Below are positions 40,476 to 50,197 of a stretch of DNA of 64,000 nucleotides, piece after piece. The position numbers and the translations under genes were made by a program. This DNA comes from Candidatus Bathyarchaeia archaeon. GTDB lineage: Archaea; Thermoproteota; Bathyarchaeia; Bathyarchaeales; Bathycorpusculaceae. The DNA is taken from NCBI GenBank assembly GCA_050010515.1, contig JBEKKX010000005.1:1-64000 (forward strand), read 5' to 3'. How positions within the stretch are numbered: position 1 is the first letter of the stretch; every line of letters starts with the position of its first letter. The notes beneath the pieces are model-generated. The model saw only the letters and a program-made list of their open reading frames with translations. It was not told the origin of the DNA and made no database searches.

Positions 40476-41687
40476 ATGCAAAATCGCCCAGCCATAGTTG
40501 CTGTTGGCAGAACCAAGTTTGGGGAGCATTACGGCAAAGAACCAGAAAAACTAATTGAGGAAGCTTGGCTTGCCGCTTCAAACGAATGCAACATAGAACG
40601 CAAGGACCTAGAAGCCTGTTACATGTCAGATTGTTTTCTTCCAATCACAAATAAACTAGGCTTAGAAGAAGGCTTTCTGTCAGAACTCACCGAACTTCAC
40701 GTGCCCATGGAAGTAACCCGCTCTTTCAGCGCTGCATTGTTAACCGCTTGTCACGCAATTCAGGCTGGAGTTTACAGCACGGTTCTTGTTGGTGGCATAG
40801 AAAAAATGACTGACCGCTGGGACAAAATACGTGATGACCTCATGCTTTTGGAAGACCCGTGGAGCTACTATGCAGGTGGGACTCCGGAAGCAAATCATGA
40901 GCTTATGCTTAGAGCTTACATAAAAAAGCACAATATAACCGGCGAAAATCTTGACAAACTCAACATCGCTCTAGCTCAGGTGTCAGTTAAAAACCATGCG
41001 AACGCAGCCAAAAACAAGTATGCTCAGTTCCAAAGAAAAATCACTGTTGACCAAGTCTTAAACGCGCGGAAAGCAGCGCATAAATCCTTGGGGCTCTATG
41101 ATTTTGCCCCAATTTCTGACGGCGCATCAGCCTTGATTCTTGCAAGCGAGGCAGTTGCCAAAAAGTTGAGTGCCAATCCAGTTTACGTTTTGGGCTGCAC
41201 TTCAGCTACTGATTACCTGAATTATTCAGCAAGAGAAGACCTGTCCCATTTTGCCGCGACTGAAATTGCCATGAAGAATGCTTCTCAAATGGCTAAAACA
41301 GCTTTGTCTGACATGCAGGTTATCGAAGTAAACGACCAGTCAACCATGATGGAGCTTGTTTCCCTTGAAGATTTAGGCTTTTGCGAACCGGGAACAGCTT
41401 GGAAGAGCATATATGAAAGCTACCAAAATAACCAAAACTGCTACGAAATAAAGGGTAGGCAACTTTTCGTTAATACGGATGGCGGGTTAAAGGCAGATGG
41501 AAACCCGTTAGGCGCCACTGGCGGGGCACAAATTTTTGAGATTTACCGCCAGTTAAGAGGTGAGGCTGGCGAACGCCAAGTTTACGTTGATAAAGGTTCA
41601 CCGAAGAATGGTTGTGTGTTAGAGTTTGAGGGCTTTGGAACTAAAGCTTACGTTAGTATTCTAGGAGAGAAGAAAGATGAGCAGTGA
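40476..41687 (+). CDS. SCP2-type thiolase-family protein with substituted catalytic residues
   Basis: VGRTKFG, GIEKM, KNH.NA..N..AQF, PISDGASA, NTDGGLKA.G.PLGATG. Confidence 0.85.
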   Translation: MQNRPAIVAVGRTKFGEHYGKEPEKLIEEAWLAASNECNIERKDLEACYMSDCFLPITNKLGLEEGFLSELTELHVPMEVTRSFSAALLTACHAIQAGVYSTVLVGGIEKMTDRWDKIRDDLMLLEDPWSYYAGGTPEANHELMLRAYIKKHNITGENLDKLNIALAQVSVKNHANAAKNKYAQFQRKITVDQVLNARKAAHKSLGLYDFAPISDGASALILASEAVAKKLSANPVYVLGCTSATDYLNYSAREDLSHFAATEIAMKNASQMAKTALSDMQVIEVNDQSTMMELVSLEDLGFCEPGTAWKSIYESYQNNQNCYEIKGRQLFVNTDGGLKADGNPLGATGGAQIFEIYRQLRGEAGERQVYVDKGSPKNGCVLEFEGFGTKAYVSILGEKKDEQ

Positions 41688-43185
41688 ACCGATAGAGCGA
41701 CGGGTTTCTTATTTAGGTGACAGGTTACGAGCAAGCCGCTGTCAAAGTTGCGGCAAAGAATACTTTGAAGTCAGAGACTACTGTAGCAACTGTGGCAGAA
41801 AAAGCTTCGGAAAAATGGATAATATAGACCTGTTTTACGATAAAGGCAAACTTGAATTATGCACATTCATCAATGAACCCACAAACAAGTTCACTAAACT
41901 CTCCAGCTTCGTTTATGGAATTATTTCTTTTCATGATGGTAAAATCCGCGTTCCAGGAAGGCTAACTGACCAGTTGATAACTGATGATGACGATGTTGAT
42001 TTTTCAAGCCTTGAGGGAAGAGAAGTGGTTCCGCGTTTTAGAAGACGCTATTCAGTCGGCCAAAGCGACATGATTCCAACAATATCTTTGGCTTTCACGT
42101 TAGCCGACGAGTACTATCCGCACCAAGAGTACAGCGTACTCACGCCAAACAAAGAATACGACATCCCTGGAGTAATAGGTTACGGCGTTTACACTTCAAG
42201 ATTTCGAATAAAAGAAAGCGGACTCGAACGTGCTGTTCCATTCATCGACGAAGATGCAGTAACAGCCTCAGTAGAGGCTGGGAAACTAGCGCTGATTCAT
42301 TCAGGTGTTGACAGCAGGCTGGTTGGCAAAGTTTATGTTGGCTCAGAATCCAACCCGTACGCAGTTAAGCCAATCGCCTCAAAGGTAGCTCAAGTTCTCA
42401 AACTTGGCGAAGAAGACGGCGACATTCAAGGCGTTGATGCAGTGGACACGGAGTTTGCTTGTAAAGCGGCTACAAGCATGTTTAAAGACGCAGCCTCCCT
42501 TGTTAGCTACCCACGGTCAGATATAAAATACGCCATGGTTATTGGCGCAGATAACGCTCAAGCAGCACCCAGAGGTTGCCTTGGCGGTGAACTGGATACG
42601 TTTGTTGGGTACGGCGGCGCCGCGTTTATTTTCGGAAAACATGATGTTATCGCTGAAGTTGAAGGATGGTACTCATGCACGTCTGATACGCCCGATTTTT
42701 GGCGCAGAGACGGCGAGCCTTTTCCGATGCATGGTGGACGATTCACCGGTGACCCAGCTTATTTCAAGCATGTCCGCAAAGCAACATGTAAACTTATGGA
42801 ACGCTTTAACCTGAAGGCAAGTGATTTGAACTATTTTGTGGCGCATCAGCCTAACCCCCAGTTCCCAGTTAAGATAGCAAAGGAGCTTGGTTTTAGGGAT
42901 GAGCAGTATTTGCCTTCGCTTCAAATTAACAAGTTCGGCAACACTTATTCCGGTTGCTCGCCTGTGGGTTTAGCTGCAGTATTAGACATTGCAGAACCTG
43001 AAGAGCGTATCTTAGTTGCAAGTTACGGTTCAGGTGCGGGAAGCGACGCGTATTTGCTTAGAACCACAAGCCAACTTGTTGATAAGCGAAAGCGCCAAAA
43101 AGTTAATGTTAAATTCCAAGCTGAAAACCCGTTTATACAATATGTGGATTATACAACTTATCGTCGGCTTAAACTTGGGATGTAA
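41677..43185 (+). CDS. DUF35 (Zn-ribbon/OB) - HMG-CoA synthase fusion
   Basis: N-terminal CQSCG...YCSNCG + OB fold; GSESNPYAVKP, EFACKA, HQPN, GNTYSG, SYGSGAGSD. Confidence 0.88.
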   Translation: MSSEPIERRVSYLGDRLRASRCQSCGKEYFEVRDYCSNCGRKSFGKMDNIDLFYDKGKLELCTFINEPTNKFTKLSSFVYGIISFHDGKIRVPGRLTDQLITDDDDVDFSSLEGREVVPRFRRRYSVGQSDMIPTISLAFTLADEYYPHQEYSVLTPNKEYDIPGVIGYGVYTSRFRIKESGLERAVPFIDEDAVTASVEAGKLALIHSGVDSRLVGKVYVGSESNPYAVKPIASKVAQVLKLGEEDGDIQGVDAVDTEFACKAATSMFKDAASLVSYPRSDIKYAMVIGADNAQAAPRGCLGGELDTFVGYGGAAFIFGKHDVIAEVEGWYSCTSDTPDFWRRDGEPFPMHGGRFTGDPAYFKHVRKATCKLMERFNLKASDLNYFVAHQPNPQFPVKIAKELGFRDEQYLPSLQINKFGNTYSGCSPVGLAAVLDIAEPEERILVASYGSGAGSDAYLLRTTSQLVDKRKRQKVNVKFQAENPFIQYVDYTTYRRLKLGM

Positions 43186-43256
43186 CAAATACTTTAATTT
43201 GCCTTTCTGCCGAGTCACATATTACGCTTTTTAGGTTTGTTTGGTTGTTCATTTAC

Positions 43257-43472
43257 TCAAATCTCCTCTGGAAACATCGGGTCGCCGAATTCCATCAGTC
43301 CATCGCCTTCGCTGTCTTCTTGCGCGGATTCTCTGCTTTCCCGTTCTAACTCTTCAGCTTCGAGAAGTTCTTTTTCAGTTGGTTTCTTAAAGTTTTCGCC
43401 ATTCAGCCATTTTCTGAATCTTTGAGCTAAAGTCGGTTTAGGCTTTTGTGTTTCTGTCATGCGCATCATCAT
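43257..43472 (-). CDS. Small acidic-tailed hypothetical protein
   Basis: Open ORF with TTTATATA upstream, inside the element. Confidence 0.5.
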   Translation of the reverse strand: MMMRMTETQKPKPTLAQRFRKWLNGENFKKPTEKELLEAEELERESRESAQEDSEGDGLMEFGDPMFPEEI

Positions 43473-44324
43473 TTATCTTTATAGCAATGGCAAACGGCTA
43501 TATAAATCTGCCTCAAATTAGCCTTGAATCCAGTTTTTAACCTAATTGCACAACAGAAATACAAAAACAAGCCCAAAACAAGCCCAAGTGCCACATACCC
43601 TCAAATTTGGGGAAAATTTGATTTTAGCCACGGATTTTTTAGTGTTTCCTAAACCGTTTACCGCAATCCCTACATTGCCCTTCTTTGCATAGGGTCGGCG
43701 AAATTCGATTTAATTTGAAAGAGGACAGACTCTCAAACCTTTCAGTTTTCCAATGGCTCAGGTGGCTCGGGAGTTGAAGAAAACAAGGTACATAGCCCGC
43801 TTTTCTGCTGAAATTTGATTTTTCTGCTTTCAATTCTCAAATCTTCAGTACGGTTGATTAAAAATCGCAAGGCAGTATTTTTTATCGAACCTTCAAGGTT
43901 TGAGGGTATGTCACTATTTAGCTTGTTCTGGGTCTAGTCTGGATTCATTAACAGTTTTTGCTATAGGTATGTGGTACAAGCGCGGGCTTACACTTTTTGT
44001 TATGTGTGTATCGCGGGGTGTGTGTGCGGGGGCGGGGGCTTATGCTAAAGCGAGACTTTGACTATTCCCCCCTTTTTAACCCCCCTTCCCCATTTCCCTA
44101 ACCTAATCTAATCTAACCAGTTGAATAACTAACTTACTCTTACTCTCAACTGCTCTAAAAAAGATGGGGTGTGTTGACTTGGGGTTTGCCCGCGTAGTGC
44201 GGGGTGTGGATAGAGGGGGTTTGGGGCTTTGTGAATTTGAGCATGGGGTTTCTCGGCGAAGGTTTATATGGGAGTCGTGTGTCGTGTGTATTCAGATAAA
44301 GTAAATAAGAAAATGGTGAAATAA

Positions 44325-44954
44325 ATGGTTGGAAGTAAAACCTCTGGGAACCCGTATAGCATACCGATAAACTACGATAGGGAAATAGGTGAACCCATCA
44401 TTTTTATAATTCGGAAAAAGGGGTTTGGCAAAGGCACTTATGCGGGTATGGTTCTTATGCAGAATTTGAAGGATGAAATCTTTGCATATTGGAAAGATAA
44501 AGGTGAAGACCCTCAAGTTCTCTGGGATAAGTGGTTTCCTAAATGGTCAATGATGGAAGCTGAACAGAAAGAGATGAGAAACAAGGAAGCAAAGGAAGCG
44601 CATAACTTATTAGTGAATCAATATGTAGGTTTAGGCGAACTAAAGGAAAATGCGGAAAACTTGGCGTCTTTGTTTCCTGATAGTAACCCGTTAGATGTTC
44701 TCAGGGGAAAAAACTATAATACCCAGAACAAACCGATTGAGCAAAAATTAGAGACGATTGAGAATAAACAAGAAAAAACAGAACATCAAAAAGCTCTTAT
44801 GAACGAGAAACAGAGTCTTGAAACAACTTTAAAGCAGTATGAGAGAACCCCAGAGTTTAGAGTTAGATTGCACAGAATTGCAGAAATCGAAAGAGAACTA
44901 AGTGAAGAACAACCACAACAGCAAGCAGAGCAACAGCAACAACCGCATCCATAA
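44325..44954 (+). CDS. Hypothetical protein with coiled-coil/Q-rich C-terminus
   Basis: 209-aa ORF, GGTGA SD and TTTATAT upstream. Confidence 0.7.
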   Translation: MVGSKTSGNPYSIPINYDREIGEPIIFIIRKKGFGKGTYAGMVLMQNLKDEIFAYWKDKGEDPQVLWDKWFPKWSMMEAEQKEMRNKEAKEAHNLLVNQYVGLGELKENAENLASLFPDSNPLDVLRGKNYNTQNKPIEQKLETIENKQEKTEHQKALMNEKQSLETTLKQYERTPEFRVRLHRIAEIERELSEEQPQQQAEQQQQPHP

Positions 44955-45028
44955 GTTTCTTTTTTTAGCAGTTGGCAAAGTCTTAAATTCGCATAGCACT
45001 AAATAATTAAAAATGGGAACGGTAGGCT

Positions 45029-45562
45029 ATGGATAAAGAGGAAATTTTGTATTATGCAAATAGATATGATAAAGATTATTTAGAAAAGTGGATGCGAACA
45101 GAACGAGAGTTGGGTGATAAATTTCGAAAAACAAAAGAAGTAACAAAAGAGGATTTGGTTAAAATAGTGTGGTGGAAATTTGAAGGGTTGAAGGGTCGAA
45201 GGGATAGAATACTGAAATATGTTGAGAAAGATAGTGATGAGGAAGTATGTGCGTGTTCTCAGGTTTTTAATCTTACTACCCGTGAAGATTCATTTAGGAT
45301 AGGCGTTCTTGACAATCTTCAAGGTGTTGGTCCAGCTTTAGCAAGTGTTGTTTTAACGTTCTATGACCCTAAAAACTATGGTGTGTTTGACATCCACGTT
45401 TGGAGAGAATTCTTTGGGAAAGAGCCTAAGAACCTCTTTGGAAGTAGCCGTTATTACATTACACTTCTCTCTGAACTTAGAACGATAGGAAACAAATATG
45501 GCTTAAATGCAAGGACTGTAGAAAAAGCCTATTTTAAGAGAAACTATGAAAATTCAAAATAA
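45029..45562 (+). CDS. HhH-GPD/Ogg-like DNA glycosylase-fold protein
   Basis: LQGVGPALAS HhH motif followed by FDIHVWR. Confidence 0.65.
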   Translation: MDKEEILYYANRYDKDYLEKWMRTERELGDKFRKTKEVTKEDLVKIVWWKFEGLKGRRDRILKYVEKDSDEEVCACSQVFNLTTREDSFRIGVLDNLQGVGPALASVVLTFYDPKNYGVFDIHVWREFFGKEPKNLFGSSRYYITLLSELRTIGNKYGLNARTVEKAYFKRNYENSK

Positions 45563-45633
45563 ACAACATTCAATATACCAATTGGGTTTTCGTGGATAAG
45601 TCTTAAATCTGCACAACGTAGAAATAGCATAAC

Positions 45634-46125
45634 ATGACAGAAAAAGTTGCTAAAGAGTTTAAAGGCAATGTTGGCATTTTTCTTGTAGCATCAAAACTCT
45701 CAGCAATGAATATTATCGCCTTAACAACTTCAAGAAATACTAAAGGTTACGATATCGTAGCTCTTAATCCTGAGACCAATAAAGGTAAAGGAATACAAGT
45801 TAAATGTGCTGATGTTCTATCCAATAAGAAAGAAGATTTCCCAGTAGTTAGTGCATTATTCAGAACTATGCATGAAGAACTTTGCAAAAAAATTATTTGC
45901 GATTTTGTGTTTGTTGATATCTCTAATATTGAACAACCAAAATTTTTCATACTTTCAAAAGATGAAGTAATTAATATCATAGAAACAAACACTAAAGTAT
46001 GGTTAGCAAGGAAACACAGAAAACCACCTGAAGAAAGCAACAAGAAAATACTTCATACAATCAAACGGTCAGAGATAGAGAAATATGAGAATAATTGGAA
46101 TCAAATTCTGCAAGATTTATTATAG
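45634..46125 (+). CDS. PD-(D/E)xK nuclease-like protein
   Basis: G..G...V...L, KGYDIVA...IQVK. Confidence 0.65.
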   Translation: MTEKVAKEFKGNVGIFLVASKLSAMNIIALTTSRNTKGYDIVALNPETNKGKGIQVKCADVLSNKKEDFPVVSALFRTMHEELCKKIICDFVFVDISNIEQPKFFILSKDEVINIIETNTKVWLARKHRKPPEESNKKILHTIKRSEIEKYENNWNQILQDLL

Positions 46126-46374
46126 CTATATTGTATAATCTTTAGGTGTTTTTTTTGGATAAAGATTTTTTAGCAGGTCATAAACCAAATTGCCTAATAT
46201 TATCGCTATAAACAAGAAAAATCCACTCCACCAATCTATTTGATACCTGTTTGAAATGTGTGATACTCCTAAAAAGTTAATCGCAAGAATGCTAAACACA
46301 ACTATAGCAGAGATACAAACTGCAAAATATAGAAATTTAGTGATTTTGGATGCTGTGTTCTTTTTTGAGTTCAT
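46126..46374 (-). CDS. Small 2-TM membrane protein
   Basis: Two hydrophobic helices; promoter-like aagccttaaaa upstream. Confidence 0.6.
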   Translation of the reverse strand: MNSKKNTASKITKFLYFAVCISAIVVFSILAINFLGVSHISNRYQIDWWSGFFLFIAIILGNLVYDLLKNLYPKKTPKDYTI

Positions 46375-46543
46375 ATCTAACTATTCTATTTACATTGGTG
46401 TGGGGTTTTAAGGCTTTTGTGATGGGTTGGTTATACCCTACCCCTTTGTATTTTTGACTTTTTGTCGGTTTATGGCTTTTTAATCAACTGTTTAATCAGC
46501 GAAAAACATAAAAAGAATTAAAGAAAAGAAGGGGAAAAGGGGT

Positions 46544-47779
46544 TTAGAAGTCTACTTTTTCGGGTCTTTTGCGTTCCTTTTCCTCTTTCAGTTTTTGCTG
46601 TTCCTCAAAAGTAGCTTTTAATTGGTTAAAGTCTGTGAGCATTTTGTTTATACTTAAACCGTTATCAAGGCATCGCTGTTCAAGTAACGTGATTCTTTTC
46701 TCCTTTTGCTCCAGAACTTTTTCCAATTCTGTTTTCTGTTGGTTTAGTTCTGCTTTAAGTTCTCCTGTTGTTTCTGGAATCAGATAAGGCAAACACATCT
46801 TAAACAGCGTTAGATAATCTGAGTCGGGATGATTCGCATATGTTGCTTCTATTCCGCTTGGCTTATGAGAGGTTAAGGGTTTAGCTAAGTTAATGTTGGC
46901 TTTTATCTGTGGCTTTTCAAGAACTGTGCTTATTACGTCTCGAAAATCGTGAGGCGAAAAGTGTTTTTTAATATCGTCTCCAAAAGCAACTATTGAAGCA
47001 TTTAGGAATATTGCGTTAAACTGCCTTAATGCACCACCAACAACCGAACCGTAAGGATTGCTATAATAACACATGAACAGCGGCGAATCCTCATCATAGC
47101 TGATTTCTCTTTCTTTGAGTTCTTTTTTGTAGTCTTCAAATTTTTCATTCGCATAACTATGTAGAAAACCGATATGTTTAGTTCCTTTGTACTTGCCTTT
47201 TCCGTGACCTTTCAGCCTTGCCGACTCAATACTTATCCAATACGGAACTTCTTTATCATCTAAGGGTTTTAGGTCTCTCATTTTTAGCGTTCTTAATGTT
47301 CCTTTTCGAACAGGGCAACTTTCAAGAAACCAAACTAAAAATTTGTCTCTTCTGCACGTCATAGCATTTTCAAGTTTTACGCAATCATCAACGCTTGGAG
47401 TTCTCTTTTTAGCTTCAGGAACTTCTATGTTCTCTCCGACATCTTTAGCTAAGTCTCTGCCTCTTGTAGATGAGTAAAAACTCTTAACCGCTGTTAAAAC
47501 TCCCAATTGTACGCTTGGAGTTAAACCGCTATTATCCAGATAGTTCTCTAATAATTCCTCTGCTTGGAATTCTTTTTCTGTTGCTGGATTCTGTAGACCT
47601 TCAAGTTTTAACGCAATCAATTCATCGGGATTCTTTTTAGCCCAATCGCAATAGTGTTTAAGTTTTCTGGTATACTCTGTTTCTGTGTCACCGCTATTCT
47701 TTAATTTCTTATTGTAAAAGTTTTGACCGCTAACGAAACTTAATAGCCAAGTCTTATTATCGTCTGTCATTCGACTCAA
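46544..47779 (-). CDS. Tyrosine recombinase/integrase with C-terminal coiled coil
   Basis: PVRKGT (R), LKG (K), PHDFR (HxxR), TSH..GIEATY (H..Y). Confidence 0.85.
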   Translation of the reverse strand: MSRMTDDNKTWLLSFVSGQNFYNKKLKNSGDTETEYTRKLKHYCDWAKKNPDELIALKLEGLQNPATEKEFQAEELLENYLDNSGLTPSVQLGVLTAVKSFYSSTRGRDLAKDVGENIEVPEAKKRTPSVDDCVKLENAMTCRRDKFLVWFLESCPVRKGTLRTLKMRDLKPLDDKEVPYWISIESARLKGHGKGKYKGTKHIGFLHSYANEKFEDYKKELKEREISYDEDSPLFMCYYSNPYGSVVGGALRQFNAIFLNASIVAFGDDIKKHFSPHDFRDVISTVLEKPQIKANINLAKPLTSHKPSGIEATYANHPDSDYLTLFKMCLPYLIPETTGELKAELNQQKTELEKVLEQKEKRITLLEQRCLDNGLSINKMLTDFNQLKATFEEQQKLKEEKERKRPEKVDF

Positions 47780-47908
47780 AGATAGTCACCCCTTGAAAAG
47801 TTAAAGTTTTCCTTGATTCTCGGGCAAAAATTCAATATGTGACTTGATACGGGGACAAATACTTTAATAAATCACGTGTGAACTTCACATAACGACGGAG
47901 CCTACAGA

Positions 47909-49189
47909 TTGATTCTCGATGACATACCGCAAGTTATTTATGCGCCTGTAAAAGTGTTCAAGAAAATAATTGAGAACCCAAAATACTTGGGCGCAATAAT
48001 AATACTGCTTCTTTTCATAGTCGTACAAATTGGATATGGCTATTCACAGATCTCGAAAACTTACATAGAAGATACATCGCCTACGATTGGTCATTTATCA
48101 AACTACATCAATGCAACAGCAACATCATCAAATGGAACATTATGGAGCGCTGGTACTGGCACAGCCTTAAGCAACAATTATGCTGACTTCTACAACTATA
48201 GTGTTTACATTCCAGCGATTGCAACTAACTATAGTTTATTTGGAAACAACAGCCTAGAAATTAACTCCACAAACACTAACAACGTTTCGGCTACCTTAAG
48301 CAACGCTTTCGATGTGAACTGCGGTGCTGGCGGCTTTGAAAACTTTTCAATGACACTAAAAATGGTGGAGCCTCAGGTTGCGCCTCAAAGTGCAGCCTTA
48401 ACTCTCTACTCACCTAACGATTCAAACTATTACATATATGACTTAACTTCTTCCTTATCAAACACGACAGCAATTGGGTTATGGACCAACTTAACCATTC
48501 CAGTTGGACCAGCTGCCCAAGGTTGGACTAGTGGCGGCACACCAAACTGGGGCAATGTGACAGCTCTAAAACTAGACTTTACATACCCAGCTAATTCCAA
48601 CATAACCATACTTATTGGTGCCTTATTCTTCCATGGCCAATATCAAACGTTCATTCAAGCCTCTGGCACTGGGATCATAATCTCGTTCTTAGAGGCCTAC
48701 TCTTTACAGTTCATTTTTACCTGGTTCATATTAACAGGGCTAATTTACATCTTCTTCAAATTGTCAAAAGCCAAAATCACTTGGAAACCTCTTTTTATCG
48801 CTTTAGCTTTTGCTTTGTTTGTGATGGTTATTAGATCAATAATAAACCTTGTTGCGACATTTACCTTACCCACAGTTTATTATCCCTTTGACGTGTCGCT
48901 TGGGGTAACCTCTAATCCTTTTGGAGCTTTATATGTCCCTGCACAAGCAGCAGTCACCTTTACAGCGCAGTCTCAAGCCGTTCTCAAAAATATTATAGCA
49001 AAGACTTCAGTTTTCAACTTTGTAGTTGAAGCGATGTTTTTCATTTCTTACGTTTGGTTAGGTGCCTTATGCACAATAATTGTTGGAACACTCAAACCAG
49101 AGTTTTCAATGATAAAGAAGATAGCGATTTCCGCTGTCAGCATAGCAGCTACGCTTTTGCTATTGCTTCTGCTGGTAGGTATTGTTTAA
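47909..49189 (+). CDS. Yip1-like membrane protein with large extracellular insert
   Basis: V..AP.K.FKKI N-terminus, TM1, N/T-rich domain, further TMs. Confidence 0.65.
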   Translation: MILDDIPQVIYAPVKVFKKIIENPKYLGAIIILLLFIVVQIGYGYSQISKTYIEDTSPTIGHLSNYINATATSSNGTLWSAGTGTALSNNYADFYNYSVYIPAIATNYSLFGNNSLEINSTNTNNVSATLSNAFDVNCGAGGFENFSMTLKMVEPQVAPQSAALTLYSPNDSNYYIYDLTSSLSNTTAIGLWTNLTIPVGPAAQGWTSGGTPNWGNVTALKLDFTYPANSNITILIGALFFHGQYQTFIQASGTGIIISFLEAYSLQFIFTWFILTGLIYIFFKLSKAKITWKPLFIALAFALFVMVIRSIINLVATFTLPTVYYPFDVSLGVTSNPFGALYVPAQAAVTFTAQSQAVLKNIIAKTSVFNFVVEAMFFISYVWLGALCTIIVGTLKPEFSMIKKIAISAVSIAATLLLLLLLVGIV

Positions 49190-49335
49190 ACCAGTACTAA
49201 TGCGTCTAAAATCAACTTCCAGTTTTTTCCTTCCTACTCGCTGATGCAAACATAGCTAGGCAAGATTTATATGATTGAAACTCACTTTTGCAAGTGAAAA
49301 CCCTCAGTAGGGAATCACAGTTTAGGTGACTTAAT

Positions 49336-49629
49336 GTGACAGCAATTAAAGATTTGCAGAATGGAATGAAACGGGTTAGCGTTGAAGCGAAAGTTGTTGA
49401 AAAAGGTGACCCCAGAGAAGTCAAATCACGTTTTAAAGATGAGACTTACAGGATAGTTGATGCTGTGGTTGCAGACGAGACAGGCAGTGTAAAACTGACG
49501 TTGTGGAATGAGCAGATTGACCGGGTTAACGTTGGCGATAACATTAAAATTGACAACGGTTACGTGACCAGCTTCAAGGGTGAAATCCAGCTTAACGTTG
49601 GAAAATTTGGGCAATTAACTGTTTCATAA
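49336..49629 (+). CDS. ssb: Single OB-fold ssDNA-binding protein (crenarchaeal SSB-like)
   Basis: IKDL..GMKRV, VADETGSVKLTLW, FKGEIQLNVGKFG. Confidence 0.85.
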   Translation: MTAIKDLQNGMKRVSVEAKVVEKGDPREVKSRFKDETYRIVDAVVADETGSVKLTLWNEQIDRVNVGDNIKIDNGYVTSFKGEIQLNVGKFGQLTVS

Positions 49630-49819
49630 AAGCCATTTACCCGTTGTCTATCACGCTTTTGGAATTGTCTTTTTAATTATATTTACTCTTTAACGACGGC
49701 ACTTGTAATTTTAGATGGTAATGCCCTTTTAGCCTGTTATGACAGCGTCATATATTGTAATTAAAGAGAAACAGCAAGCCCCTAAAATCCGTTTCAAAAA
49801 ACTGTTTCAAAATAACAGC

Positions 49820-49960
49820 CTTCTACGGTTACTATCACGTTGAAGTGCCATCTCAAGGCAAGCCTTACGGAATGTTAAGCGTAAACGGTTACACTGGACA
49901 AGTCTGGTACTACAACTGGCAAGGCAGCTTCATGCAACAAACACAAATATCATTAAACCA
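49820..49960 (+). pseudogene. C-terminal remnant of a PepSY-like secreted protein
   Basis: FYGYYHVEV..QGKPYGMLSVNGYTGQVWYYNWQGSF without an N-terminus. Confidence 0.55.
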
Positions 49961-50197
49961 ACACCTACACGTACACTCTATAGGATCTACTTTTTGTGAA
50001 CAAAACCACCAACAAAAAGACCTGTCTTTCTAAATTTATTTTTAGATAGCTTATCTTTAAAAAAATAACGTGAATTTCTCTCCCCACTTAACTAAATCCG
50101 AATTCAACACAGAGGGCTGAAAAATAAGCGACCTTTAAGAAAAAACTTATTAGTTCAATTGGTAGGGTCATTTCTTGTTAGTTTGTGGAGAAAAACA

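Larger units (their letters stand above)
43185..47868. mobile_element. 4.7-kb tyrosine-recombinase integrative element
   Basis: Direct repeat acaaatactttaat at 43185-43198 and 47855-47868; inverted repeat agtcacatatt (43213-43223) / aatatgtgact (47834-47844); recombinase gene at the right end. Confidence 0.85.

Noticed and set aside
43639-43833. Intact gene with a CRDCGKRF zinc ribbon
   Set aside because: Only half of a Zn ribbon is in a plausible context; probably a remnant.
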